Source of the DNA: Podarcis erhardii
Lineage: Eukaryota
Strand: one strand, 5' to 3'
Length of the DNA stretch: 64,000 nt
Assembly (NCBI GenBank): GCA_964252035.1
Contig: OZ176200.1
Shown piece after piece: positions 1 to 20,560 of the stretch (position 1 is the stretch's first letter; every line of letters begins with the position of its first letter). Below the pieces are notes generated by a model. It was given only the letters and a program-made list of their open reading frames with translations, made no database searches and was not told the DNA's origin. A program made the translations under genes and the position numbers.

Positions 1-194
1 AAAACATGGGTCTAAAAGGTTTTCCACTTGTCCTGTTCTTTCTGAAAGGACATGTGGTGCAAGCTGAATGCAAAACTATTAATCTGAATCAACAGAGGAA
101 GGAACATGTACAAGTCTATCCCTTACCATGTTATAGTGCTTTGTAGAGGAGGTATGGTGTGGAAACCCTGCTGATGCCCTTGCGAGAATTTATT

Positions 195-300
195 TTAATA
201 ATCATAATAATAATAAATTTTATTTGTATCCCGCTCTCCCCAGCCAAAGCCAGGCTCAGAGCGGCTAACATCATATAAATAAGACAATATGCATAATACA
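195..300 (-). mobile_element. Short L2-like/SINE 3' tail fragment
   Basis: (AAT)n followed by TTTATTTGTATCCCGCTCTCCC...GGCTCAGAGCGGCTAACA, a common reptile L2-type tail; similar pieces occur at about 9080-9150, 28400-28490 and 52180-52260. Confidence 0.45.
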
Positions 301-1072
301 ATATACAATATGCAAATAAAATAACATTCAACATTCATTAAAATAATATAGAATAATATTAAATATCAGCATTTCAAAATTAAACAGAAATCCACTCAAC
401 AATTACAGTAAGTAATTTCTAAACTCCAATCAATAAAACAACAGCAAACCACAGTGCACAACACAATACAATACAAAATAAGAAGCAGAGACTGGAGGGT
501 GGGGCAAGGCAGGTGGAAGGAGGCCTTGCCTGATGGAGTCTCTCCCCTTTTCATTTTTTTATGAGGTTATTGTCCTCATTCCCTAATTTATCACCCTGTT
601 GAGATATGTTAGACTGAGGAAGAGTCAGCAGGGATACATCTTTATATTGTGAGGCCTGTTCTGAAACCAATCAGTCTGCCTAAAAGAGCTCACCCAGCCA
701 GGTGCGCCAACTCTATGGGGCTGAGGTGTCTTCAGCCCCCTTAATATTTGCTAGGATGGGGGTGGGCCCCTCCATGTTGAAGGAGGCAGATTGCAGAGCC
801 TAGCATGGCGTGGCTTAAGTGTCGGCCTCCTCCTGAGCACACGTGAGGAGGAGCTGCTGGCCATTGAAGCTGCCCCATGCCGGGCTCTGTTCAGCCTCCT
901 CCCAGTGATATATGACGTTGCACACATCGCGTGTCACGTGCGTGACTTCATGCGCACATGACACACAGTGGGCCCCCTCCATCTTAGCCTCTGCACCTAG
1001 CACTTGTAGGGAATAGAAAATGGGCTTGTCTTTCAGCCGGGACACTGACATATCACCTCCCTTTGCCCCCAG

Positions 1073-3351
1073 GTCTTCCAGAGGCGACAGGATGGGTCAG
1101 AGGATTTCTACCGTAACTGGGAGTCCTACAAGAAAGGGTTTGGGAGCCACGCATCAGAGTTCTGGTTGGGCAATGATAAAATCCATCTTCTTACAAGCTC
1201 TGGTAAACCAACGTTTCCTCTTCTGTCTGATGCTGGAGCATCACTGGAAAGCTTGGGGATTTTTAATGAATAATGGAGAAAGGTGTGGAATCAGTTATTG
1301 AAAGCTCCTCCAGAGTCAGACCTATGAAGTTTTTACATTGGGATAAATAGCTGCAGGGTCCTGTCTAGAGCATATCATTGGAAGAGTGCTCTTGGTGTGT
1401 ACGCTGTGGAATCCCACAGGGCACTATTTTATTCCCAATGCTATTCAACATCTATATTAAGCCAATCACTGGGAGTTTTGGAGAAAGGTGTCATACACTG
1501 ATGATACCCAGCTTCTTTACATCCGAGTCAGGACAGACTGTGCAACCCCTGGACATGTGACTGGATGCAATGCTTGACTGGATGAGGGTCAGTAAATTGA
1601 GCTTGAATCCTGCAAAGGCTGAGGTCTTGCAGGTGAGTGGTTCCTGTGTCTAGGCGGTAGGTCAACTGCCTGTTCTGAAGGAGCAGATTTTCAGCTTGAG
1701 GGGTACTCCTCCATCCATCTTTGATCTAGACGGTGAAGTGATTTGTGTAGCCTTCTAGCAGCTGTGACCATTCTTAGACTGGGATAGCCTGGCTATGGTG
1801 GCCCATGCATTGGTAACCTCAAGACTTGACTACTGCAGCCTGTTTTATGTGGGGCTCCCCTTGTATCTAGTGTAGGATGCAGTGTCCAGACTTTTCACAA
1901 GAGCAGGTTACTGGCAGCATGTTACTCCTTTCCTAAGAGAAGTGCACAGGTTGCCAGTTTGCTACAGGGCAGGTTGAAGTTTCTTGTGTTGATTCACAAA
2001 GCCCTACTTGTTACTTTTTTCTGAACCTCGTCAACAGTTTGCTTCCGTGAAAGGGTGTTGGGAATTGTTTCATTGCAGTAGTGCATGATCACTTCTATGC
2101 CTGAAGCTGGCTCCCCATGCTTGTGAAATTTCCATTCTTGGGATAGCCACATGTGTCGAGTAGCTAAGTTATTATACTGCTTTGCTTAAGTGTCCTTACA
2201 AAACCAGAACTATGGCTCTGCCTTCCACCCCGCCAGCTACCACAGCCTGGAGCAAAAGCTGCTGGTCTTCATTGTAGCTGTAAATATGTTAAAGGCTTTC
2301 TCTTGTCAACAATGACACAACCCCTCTCACACACTAAGTAGAATAATAGAAGCATAACCACCCGACCCCATCCCACTCGCCACTCCTCTTCCCCTCCCTC
2401 CTCCTCCTCCTCCTCTTCTTCTTCTTCTTCTTCTTCTTCTTCTTCTTCTTCTTCTTCTTCTTCTTCTTCTTCTTCCTAATTGTTTAAACCAATTCATAAA
2501 CCAATAACTTATACATTGACCACTAATAATGAAACATATGTTGTAGATATTTTTCCACATTTATTATGCTATTTTTGTGATATACAAATGACATGAGAAA
2601 ACTTGGTCTACTTATTTGTATAACATTATTCTTGTTTAAAAAACACTATTAAAAACAAACAAACAAAACAAACCAATGCTTACTCTCAGATCTCTTCCGT
2701 TCTCTTGGGGGTTAGGAGTACAACAATTGCGAATTGACGTGAAGGACTTCAATGACACTAGAACTTATGCTACATATACCAGCTTCAAAGTCTTGAGTGA
2801 GAGGGACAACTACACACTGGAAGTGGGCTCCTATTTAGATGGCAACATGGGTGAGTTATACAGAGAATTCCCTTTGAGGCATCTGATTCAAGGTGACCTA
2901 AAAACCTGAATATTGCATTTTTGAAGGTCCAGGAATTGAATCTAGGAGGACCTTCCGCCTGCAGAGCATCTCCTCTGGCACTTATATATGTGACCTAGCA
3001 GATCTCTGCTAGCAGTGCATCAGCCTTTTTCTATTGCCTTAGCACACACGGTTAATGCGAAAGAGGTGAATTCAATGTTTTCCCTGCTCTTCTCTTTCAG
3101 GTGATTCTTTCTCAGGACACAGGGGCATGGCCTTCTCCACCCGAGACAAGGACAATGATACCAATGAAAAAGGCAGCTGCGCTGTGGTTTACAAGGGGGG
3201 CTGGTGGTACAGTGTCTGCCACTCTTCCAACCTGAACGGCCTGTACCTCAAAGGCGAACATTCTTCTTATGCTAACGGCATCAACTGGTATTCTGGGCGG
3301 GGGCATCATTATTCTTACAAATATGCAGACATGAAATTTAGACCTCAATAG
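1073..3351 (+). CDS. Ficolin/ryncolin-like fibrinogen C-terminal domain protein, last three coding exons (5' part lies outside the window)
   Basis: Exons 1073-1202 ([43 protein letters not shown]), 2716-2850 ([14 protein letters not shown]...YLDGNMG) and 3101-3351 ([19 protein letters not shown]...[23 protein letters not shown]...ANGINWYSG...DMKFRPQ*). All junctions are GT-AG and phase-compatible (1,1). Motifs are typical of FReD/ficolin domains. No upstream exon was recognised in 1-1072. Confidence 0.88.
1345..1990 (+). mobile_element. Degenerate L2/CR1-clade LINE reverse-transcriptase fragment
   Basis: Broken reading frames containing [20 protein letters not shown] (GVPQGS..SP.LFNIY RT motif) and [17 protein letters not shown]. 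Confidence 0.7.
2383..2477. repeat. (CCT)n(CTT)n microsatellite within a pyrimidine-rich tract
   Basis: Read directly: about 6 CCT units followed by about 20 CTT units. Confidence 0.97.
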
Positions 3352-4589
3352 GTGAAGTGCCCACCTGTTCAGGAACTTGCTTCTGCATTCCATGCCTGGC
3401 AGGGCAATCTCTGAATGTGGAATCATCTGCTTTTAAAATACAACACACAGAGAGGCCCTCCTTGGAGCACAGGGCACTGCAGTGGCCTGAACAGGAAGAG
3501 GCCAGTCTGATGAAGCACCTGGTTGTCACTTGCATAAGGCCGTCTTTTATTCCCCTTGTATGAATGGTAGAAAGGATCCCACAGTGAACATTTCGAATGG
3601 ACAGATTGTGGCTGGCTGCTTGCTTTGAAACACCCACAATGTCCCCACATAAAGCAACAGCCTTATGTTGAACTGCAGCGCTGGTGGGTGTTGAACACCA
3701 CACAAGAAGTTTACATGCCGGTTCAAATGCTTTTTAAAAATGATGTGAAATGTTCTCATTATTTTTTAAATTCCTGGTCTGCGGCATGAGGATGAACAGA
3801 GTTCCCAGGTTTTGTTTTGTTATTGTCGCTTGGGTGCTTTATCAATACACATTGGTAAAGCAACACATCACAAAATGATGCATTTTCATATGTACAGTCA
3901 CATCAATAATGGTTTTATATAGAGTTTTGTCAATGTACATTGATAAATGGAGTGGGGTTGGGGAGATACGAAGGAACCAAAAGTTGTAGCAAACAGCACA
4001 TTTGCAAATAAAAACCGGAACAATGCAGAGTTCCTAATTGATCAGTTAATACTGCCTTGTGCCTTTTACTTACAATTTGCAGCCAGGTTTCTTTCCCCCC
4101 TGTAGCTCTACAATCACTCTTGACATTGCACTGGAGATTATAATCACGAGGGCCTTTCTAGAATATTCATTTATACATTTTTAACAGCACATTTGTGTTG
4201 CTAAATACCTACCAACCTCCTGTCTTCTCTTGAGGCTTAATTTTTATTGCAGTATTTCTCAGGATTCCAGTTAGAATATTTTGCTATTGGGAAAATACAT
4301 ACACAACATATTTCATTCTTTTATGGGCCACACACATCAGATGGACATCAAAGCTAGAAAATGACATAAAGATATGTCTTTATTGCATTCAGATAACTGT
4401 TCCTTGTGCTTCTTTTTCTGGGGGCACGCATACCCCTAAACATTTTGTGAATCTAAGTTTGGCCTTATTGAGGGGCAGTATTTCAATATGAGTAGGAAAA
4501 TGAAAGTACCCCTAAACATTTTTTAAGAAGACAAACACTGGCTGTTCCTATAAACAAACAGCTATGCTGACAGGAGATACTGCGGAATC

Positions 4590-4690
4590 CATTCATTTGC
4601 GATTGCCACTCCCTGAGTGATCCACTTTATCGTGCTAGCAGGGCTGATGGGAGTTTTAGTCCAAAACAGTGGGTGAGAGACTTGCAATAT
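4590..4690. mobile_element. Old remnant of the short hAT MITE family seen at 38249
   Basis: GGGCTGATGGGAGTTTTAGTCCAAAACA matches the GGGAGTTGTAGGCCAAAACA half of MITE A. A similar remnant lies at about 63400-63495. Confidence 0.45.
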
Positions 4691-5746
4691 ATTTTATGCT
4701 CTTCTTGGCAGCTTTCACCCTTACACGGAGAGAGAGATGTAGAGAGTTAAACCGTATCCCCAATTTGGGCCTCTTTGGACTTTGGCTTCGCACACTTTCT
4801 TTATGTTTATATAACTTCTGCTCCTGGACACGCTGGTTCAAAGAGACAGGGAATAACTGGGAAAACACTGTGACATGAAACAGGGAGAAGCACTGCAGCA
4901 AAGCAAAAGGGTGCATATTTACCTTTGGATTACACCGCAAGCATTTTCCAAATTCTAAACATGGAGGGCAAGGGATCTTGGGGGCATTTACTAGAGTAAG
5001 ACCCTCACTTTGTACAATGGGGGCTGGCAGCATACCAGGATCACGTTATTGTAACATGTGCATCACCCAAACAATGACCTGCTTGTGGGGTGAAAGCGAG
5101 CTGGTCTTGTGGGGATGTGCAGGCTGAGCTGTCTCAGAGGCCAAAGGCCGGATCACTTTAAGCACACTGTTAGGACCTGACATGTCTTTTAACAAGGGAA
5201 AAGTTTGAATCAGGACCACAGTGCAAGAAGCTTTTCCCGCCAAAAAACGGCTCTGCTCCAGGCCTGTTTGCCACATTACTCCCATAATTGGTGATACATT
5301 TTCTTTAAACTTCATTCTAGAATTCGATCAAGCAAGTCACACCTTTAAAGATAAATCTATTTTAATTTTTGCACTGGGTTCTTCAAAAACATTTCACATA
5401 GTTTAGTAGAAACTGTTTAGATTCAGTTAGAAGCCCTGATATTTCCTGCTATTGAGGCACCTTTGTGCAGTTGCTTGCTATCCCAGGGAAGCAGCTGAGC
5501 AACTCAGCAGCCAATCGGAGCCAAGAAAGCGGTGCTAAATTAGTCTGGGAGGAACGGAGCCACTTGTTTTCCTCTCCGACCTCTTGGAAACCTTCAGCTG
5601 CCTTTGGACGAGCGAGCGTGCACTTGTTGTGACACCGACAGCTGCAACTTCCCAGCTCGAGAGCCCGAGCCCGTAGACACTCCCTACCAAAGGGCAGAAA
5701 GCACCATTTCAGCAACAGCTTTGGGGAGCTCAAAAGCGAAAGGAAA

Positions 5747-8700
5747 ATGCTGCGTTTCCATAAGACGTTCAGGTTCCTGAATGCGACAATGAGGAATCAG
5801 ATTGTTCCCCGAGCAAATATTACGGAGAAGCCACCTAAGGAGATCATAACACCAATAGTAAGTATCCTTTTTTGGTGTCTCTGGACCACCAGGAAATTAG
5901 GGTAGTGCAGCAGATACATTGTATTGTCGTGTGCTTAGATGTCACGTTCAGATTTCAGAAGGTGAGAATGGTTAAGGTGTCCCCTGAACTGGCAACTACA
6001 CACTTTATTCAGCCACAAACCTGAAGCCTTGATTTTGGTTTCTGAAAGGAATGTCTGTAACGGGGGGCAGCCTAGGGAATTCCCTTTTTTCCTCCTCCCT
6101 TGTCTTTTCTTCCAGTGAATAAATTCCCCACAATTTGCACTGTGATATCAGGCACAAAAATGGCACAGGATTTAAGGCTCCTGAGCTGAATGCCACACAT
6201 TCACACTTGCCTGCTTCCTCGTTAAAAGTGGCAGCGGGTTCTAACCAAGTGTTTAATTAACGCTTTGAACAGACTGCGTCATTTGGCCCTCAAGCAGCTG
6301 GCCTAATAGTTTCTCGACTGCCTTGAGTGCTGCTGGGACTCTAAAGCAGCTCCTCCCCACCCTTCTGAAACATAGGCCATTACACCTTCCCCGCTATATA
6401 CTGTCTCAAATTCTGTTCCCCAAAGTTGCAGCACAACAGTATGAGTTTATTGGTGCAATCGGGTTGCGCCTATTCCTTGCAATGTGTTTGTGGCACATTT
6501 GCTTCGTATAACGTGCAGGAACAGCTCAAAATGGCTCTTGGACCCACAGGCCACATTTGAATGTTACTGTGCACTCTTTTACCTATATAGCATGGACGTA
6601 TATCAAAGTAGGGCTTTCCCACAGGCCAACCTTCATTTCAAGTCTTCCTAAGCGATGGCTATCCTACTGCAGGTGTGGTGGGTCCATGTTCCATGCAGCC
6701 AGGGCTGACTCCAGAGTTTGCAGCCTAAGGCGAAAGACAAATCAGATGTCTAGAAGCCATCAGGATGGCAGTTAGGATCTTTCTCGAACACTGGCACTGG
6801 GATATCGCCCTCCACAACTCATGGCGGTAGGCTAGATTAGGAGCCATGTGGCAAACACACCTCTTGTCCTCTTAACCCCTTGGCATCGCACCCCTTCAAC
6901 CACCAGCATCTGCCCACTGGGAAGGGCAGCACTACTTGCAGGAGGCAGAATGACACATAATACTAATGTTTCTTGTAGCAAAGTACAGATTACATACATA
7001 TAGCCTTAAACTGTCTCTACATACATCTGAAAACTTTTGAGACGTGAGTACACGTGCGCCGAAACGTGTGTGTACTTTATATTACTCTCCACATGTTGTT
7101 TGCTTTGTGGATTTGAAGGTATTCCAAATCACTTTTAGGGGAAAGAAGCTAAGCTTTTGTTTAATACATTTAATCAATGCAAAAAACACTAATAGCCAAA
7201 AAAACCCCAGTGCTTTGAGACACATGTAGAACTCCCCCCCCCCCAGCAAATTAATAATAATGGGCAAAGTGTTATTTATAGAGACCATCTCCTCCCACCC
7301 TCAACTCTTGCACATCCAGCCTCATTTTAAAAAATCATACAATTCATTTCCTCATTCTTCCCAGCTTAAAGAGCGTTAAGAACTTTGGCAATATGCCTGC
7401 ACAAAGCCATTGTTCTCCAGATCTGATACACGTACCAGGAAATAGAAATTTCACAGCTCTATACCTTTTATGGCACAATAAAGTGAGAAGCAGCTTTTAG
7501 ACCTATAAGAAAATCAAATATTTATTTGAATATACATAGGCAGTATCTGCAGCCTTTATTGATCAGTGTAGAATTTTTGCAACCACAAATAAATTCTACC
7601 AGTTTTTATGGCCTCAAGTCATGTCCCCCTTTCTTCATGTTGCTTTAATTATTCAGTTTTTCATTTTTGTGGCATGCACATTGATTTTCTTGCTGAAAAA
7701 CTAAGTTTTTGGCACCAAATTAACAGCCCAGATCATGTCAGTAACAATTTATGATTAAAAGAGTGGTTTCTGAAGGAAGGGCAATTTTTTCTTCATTCTT
7801 TCATCAGATGAATCTCAACTGAATTAAATTGTGAGGAAACACAATGATTGAAAATCACATCCACCCTCTATAGGAACCAAACAAAAATATATGTGTTACG
7901 TATTTTTTAGTACACACAAGAGTTAGTATGCACAGTCAGTCCCACAGGCGCAAAAGAATATAACTAGTTCAGATGATTTCTAATTGGGATCAGGCAGGCC
8001 TGTGCTACTGCTCTCAGGACAAAGTCACTTGAAAGTCAGGCTACTGCCAGTATGCCATTGCAAAAAGATTATCTCCTTGCTCAGAAGTAATCTAAAGGCT
8101 GCACCATTCAGCAATACTTATCTGGGCTGACTACAGCCTTTGCATATAGCTAGCAATAGTGAGGGCCCAACTAACACTTTATATTGAATGAGGAAAATTA
8201 TGTACATTGGATCATAGGAAAAATTAAACGACACAAATTAACAGGCACAGCAAGACCACACATTTGATAGGAATAGGATGTACAGTACACTGTTCATTCT
8301 CAGCCAAACCATGGGGTGGGTGGGTGTGTACACATACATACATAAACATAAACCCACTCCCTTGTGGGACTTCTTTGGGAGAAGAAAAGGCTAAGGAGTA
8401 AACCCTAAATCAATCCAGAGCGGAATCCTTAAGACGGTTGGATGGTGCCTTGATGCCTCCTTCCAGCAACTCCTGCAGCCAAGCTGGTGCCAAACGTATA
8501 GCTCTGCTTTCCTTTGGACCACACCAGTAAGGCCAAGAGGGAGGTCTTGTGGTCTGGGCAACCCAGGACCTCCATACACACTGCCCAGGCTTGTGCAACA
8601 CAGGAGGCAGCACTTATGAGTTACTGGTTTCCACAGCTACAGCAGGTGCTGTGATTCCCCAGTGGTGTGACTTCATACACACACACCCTAAACACACCCA

Positions 8701-10180
8701 TACTGCAGGTGTTCATCAAAACTGAGGCAAACTTTATAAGACTTAGTCTTAAGATGAAGAATTCTTGTTCTCAACCCCATCCATCTCTATCACCCATTAG
8801 CCCGTCCCTCCTCCCCTTCCCTTATTAAAGTGGGAACAGCATCAAAGCTGTGTGAGTGGAGAGCAGAGGATTTTGTTTTCCTGCCCCATTGTGCTTGTGA
8901 ACAGACTAGAGAGCTATGAGATGTAGTTCTTCAAAAGCTCCTGCTTCTGAATGAAAAGGAGGAGTGCATCTGGGAGCTAGCAAAGGGAGGCCAACACTGG
9001 AAATCTAAATATAATATAAGCAATCATATGAATTGTGTTACTTTTTATTAGATGTTATCTTTTGTGGTTGCATTTTTTGCAGTTCCATTTTAAATTGTAA
9101 CCTGCCCTGGGACCTTGGGGTGAGGGATGGGTAATAACTAAAATAAAAACCCAAGCCCTCTGATTGACTTAAGTTTCCCCAAGTTTTCCTTTTTTGGTAG
9201 GAAACCTAGAAAAAAGTCCAATCCAAAGAGTTCCTCATCTCTAGAGCACACATGTATGCAGTATTTATACCCTGCTAAGACTCCCAAGACATTTTCAAAA
9301 CTACACAATTAGGTGTACAGCAATCTCTTTTAGGTCCTGGCAGTTATTAATGCAATTCAGTTTTCAGGGTCTTCCACAGAAGAGGCTATAGGAGCTGAAG
9401 TGGGCTCAGCATGCCTGACTGTTAAAAAAGATACCAACCAACAGGAGGCGGCCTTTCAATTACAGTGGTGCCCCGCAAGACGAACGCCTCGCAAGACGGA
9501 AAACCCGCTAGACGAAAGGGTTTTACCGTTTTGGAGGCGCTTCGCAAAAAAAATTTCCCTATGGGGTTGCTTCGCAAGACGAAAATGTCTTGCGAGTTCC
9601 CGCGGTTTTTTTTCGCTTTTTTCGCCCTTTTCCTAAGCCCCTAAGCCGCTTAACAGCTGATCCGCTGATAAGCCGCTTCTCAGCTGATCGCTAAAAGCCG
9701 CTAGACCGCTAATAGCGCTAATCCGCTAAGCCGTCAATGGGCTTGCTTCGCAAGACGAAAAAACCGCTAGACGAAGAGAATCGCGGAACGGATTAATTTC
9801 GTCTTGCGAGGCACCACTGTATCTGCAGATTATTTGGGGCCCTGCAGTCAGACTAGTCAGGCAACTGAGGATTCTTTCAAAACCACAACGAATATCCTAT
9901 AAGGACTTCACTGCGCTGTACAAAAATAAAGACAAATCACACAGCACATACAGTAACTTTAGCTCATTTGCTTTCTTCCCTGCATGAACTATAAATGGTG
10001 ATTAGCCCAGGAGAACCCAGAATGTTCTACAACATTCATAATCCTGCAGACGACATTCACCTCCGTTTCTTTGTACAGGAACAAGCTATTGGACTGACTG
10101 TGATGTTTGTAACCTTCTTGGTCCCATCCGGTTGGATATTGAGCCATATGGAGGATTACAAGAACGCGCACCGTGAATGA
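5747..10180 (+). CDS. COX8B: Cytochrome c oxidase subunit 8, COX8B/COX8H-like by synteny, 70 aa
   Basis: Exon 1 is 5747-5857 ([37 protein letters not shown], Arg-rich presequence, donor GTAAGT). Exon 2 is 10079-10180 ([36 protein letters not shown]8 TM motif [11 protein letters not shown]). Phase-0 intron of 4221 bp. It lies convergent with PSMD13, as mouse Cox8b does. The paralog assignment (B rather than A) rests on synteny. Confidence 0.87.
9463..9819. mobile_element. Tc1/mariner (Tigger/pogo-like) MITE, young
   Basis: TIRs CAGTGGTGCCCCGCAAGACGAA and TTCGTCTTGCGAGGCACCACTG (21/22 match), TA on both flanks, repeated GC(A/T)AGACG(A/G)A subterminal motif, CpGs largely intact. Confidence 0.88.
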
Positions 10181-10370
10181 AGCACAGGCAGAAGTTCTCC
10201 ACTATGAATGTGGTCACAAAGCAGATGCCAAAGGAACTTGTATCCTCCGATATGCAAAGCTGTCTCTTGCTGTTTTTATAATTAAAAAATTGCTTTAAAA
10301 AAACCACAGTGAAACTTGTTTGTTCAGGAAAAAATGCCCCTTATTCCTCTTCCCTATAGCAACATGAAAT

Positions 10371-10376
10371 AATAAA
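10371..10376 (+). terminator. Candidate polyadenylation signal of COX8
   Basis: AATAAA 190 nt after the stop codon; ATTAAA also at 10281-10286. Confidence 0.55.
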
Positions 10377-11969
10377 ACATGCCAAGGAAAGAGAATAAGT
10401 ATTCAGTTAGCATAGCGCAGTGGCTTGGAAGATCAAGCTGTAAATCTGAAATTCCCCAGTTAAAATCTCATTTCTGCCACAAGCTTGGAGATGGTACAAC
10501 AGAAAAAGGAGAATATGGTTAAAAGCCGCCTCAATTAAGCAGTCCCTTCTCATGTCTCTCAGGCCCCAATCCTATACACACAGTACATAGTGGGACTTGT
10601 TTCTAAGTAAATGTGTTCCACAGATACTTTTCAACCCACTTTAATGTGAAAGCAACAAACAAGCGACACTGACTGTTAGCCTTTTTCTAGGATGTGCCAT
10701 TCCAGACTGCAGGAGGGGACTAACTTAATGAAATGCCCCTCCAGAAAAGCAAACAAATGCTGCACATAGATAACTAGCAAGTCAGGGTGATGGCTTGACT
10801 ACAACTCTTTCAAATTTGAAGCTGCTACTGCAGGGTGGAGCAATATAACTGAGAAACCGATTTACCATCTCTAAGAACAAGGTATGCTGTCACTAACAAT
10901 GGCCTCTACATACTTTTGTTACAGACAGATGCATTATCCCCCTCACAAGGACTAAAAACTGGAATACATAGTACACAGTTAAAATGGACCACTTTGAAAC
11001 TCAGCTGAATTAGTGGAAATTATATGTTGTAAATGCAGTTGTACAAAAGCACGCAACTATCTGTATCAAAATAATCAGTTAGTCAACCCCACACCTATAA
11101 AAGGTTGAGTGATGTGGCTTCATGTCGCACTTTTTGCAATGTTATCAGTTATAAACCAGTGTAACTGAGCAAGGCTTACTCTGGTTTTGGCTTCTTATAA
11201 TAGGACTGCTGCTCAATTCAAGACTCAGTGTAAAGCATACCAACAGAACTGCGCAAGAGGGAAGGCAGAGAAGTTTATTCCAGCAGTTATTTGACTGCAT
11301 CACACTTCAGGATAAAACGTTCATAAAAGACAAGAGCAAACCCAAGGAGAGTATAAAAACAAATCCATTAAATTTATGATTTTATTCTTGGAAAACTCAT
11401 TGATGGGGTTTGAGCAGTTTCCTCTACTGCAAAACAGAGGGAGACTAGGGGAAAGAGGCATTTGTTCTCATTTATGCTGCCTTTGGACTGGCAGGGAGAA
11501 AGGTCATGCTCTCCCCCCACGTCCGTCAGAAATGCCCAATGACTGAAGATGGCCCTTCCTTCTTACACCCTAAATGCACAATGGAAGTCCTGCTGCCATC
11601 CCACTGCGGAGCTAGTGACCTCCACCCTTTAGCCCATAAGCCCCAAACATCCTCCATTGCGGCAGCCTCACACCAAGACCGATTAATCCACCATGAAGGA
11701 GTCCTTATTGCCTTTGGTGGCAGCAGGATGGGAGCTCCCAAGGAGAATGCTAATCAAATGGCTTAGCACGTAGCAGGGAATTCCCGACTCCAAGCACCAA
11801 AGGGTTACACAGCAAAGGCCACTTAGTCCTCTGTACAAGCATCAGAAAAGTAGTTCTTTCCCTCCTCCCCTAGCCCCCCTGTTAATAGAATTCAGTACAG
11901 AGTCAGTGGTCAGGGCACTGCCAGTTTCAGCAACAGTACAAGACATTCCCTCAGCCAGTGCAAAGTCCT

Positions 11970-20560
<8,591 letters not shown>

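Noticed and set aside
700-1010. GC-rich patch with CACGTG/TGACGT motifs in the lectin gene intron
   Set aside because: Its start (CAGGTGCGCCAACTC) resembles hAT MITE ends seen at about 52570, so a degraded transposon is more likely than an enhancer; boundaries and TSD are not resolvable.
2327-2560. Poly-Arg/Gly ORF
   Set aside because: It is simply the translation of the (CTT)n/(CCT)n microsatellite.
8400-8615. Overlapping 62-67 aa ORFs in the COX8 intron
   Set aside because: No recognisable protein; the sequence looks like a common lizard interspersed repeat fragment that I cannot classify.
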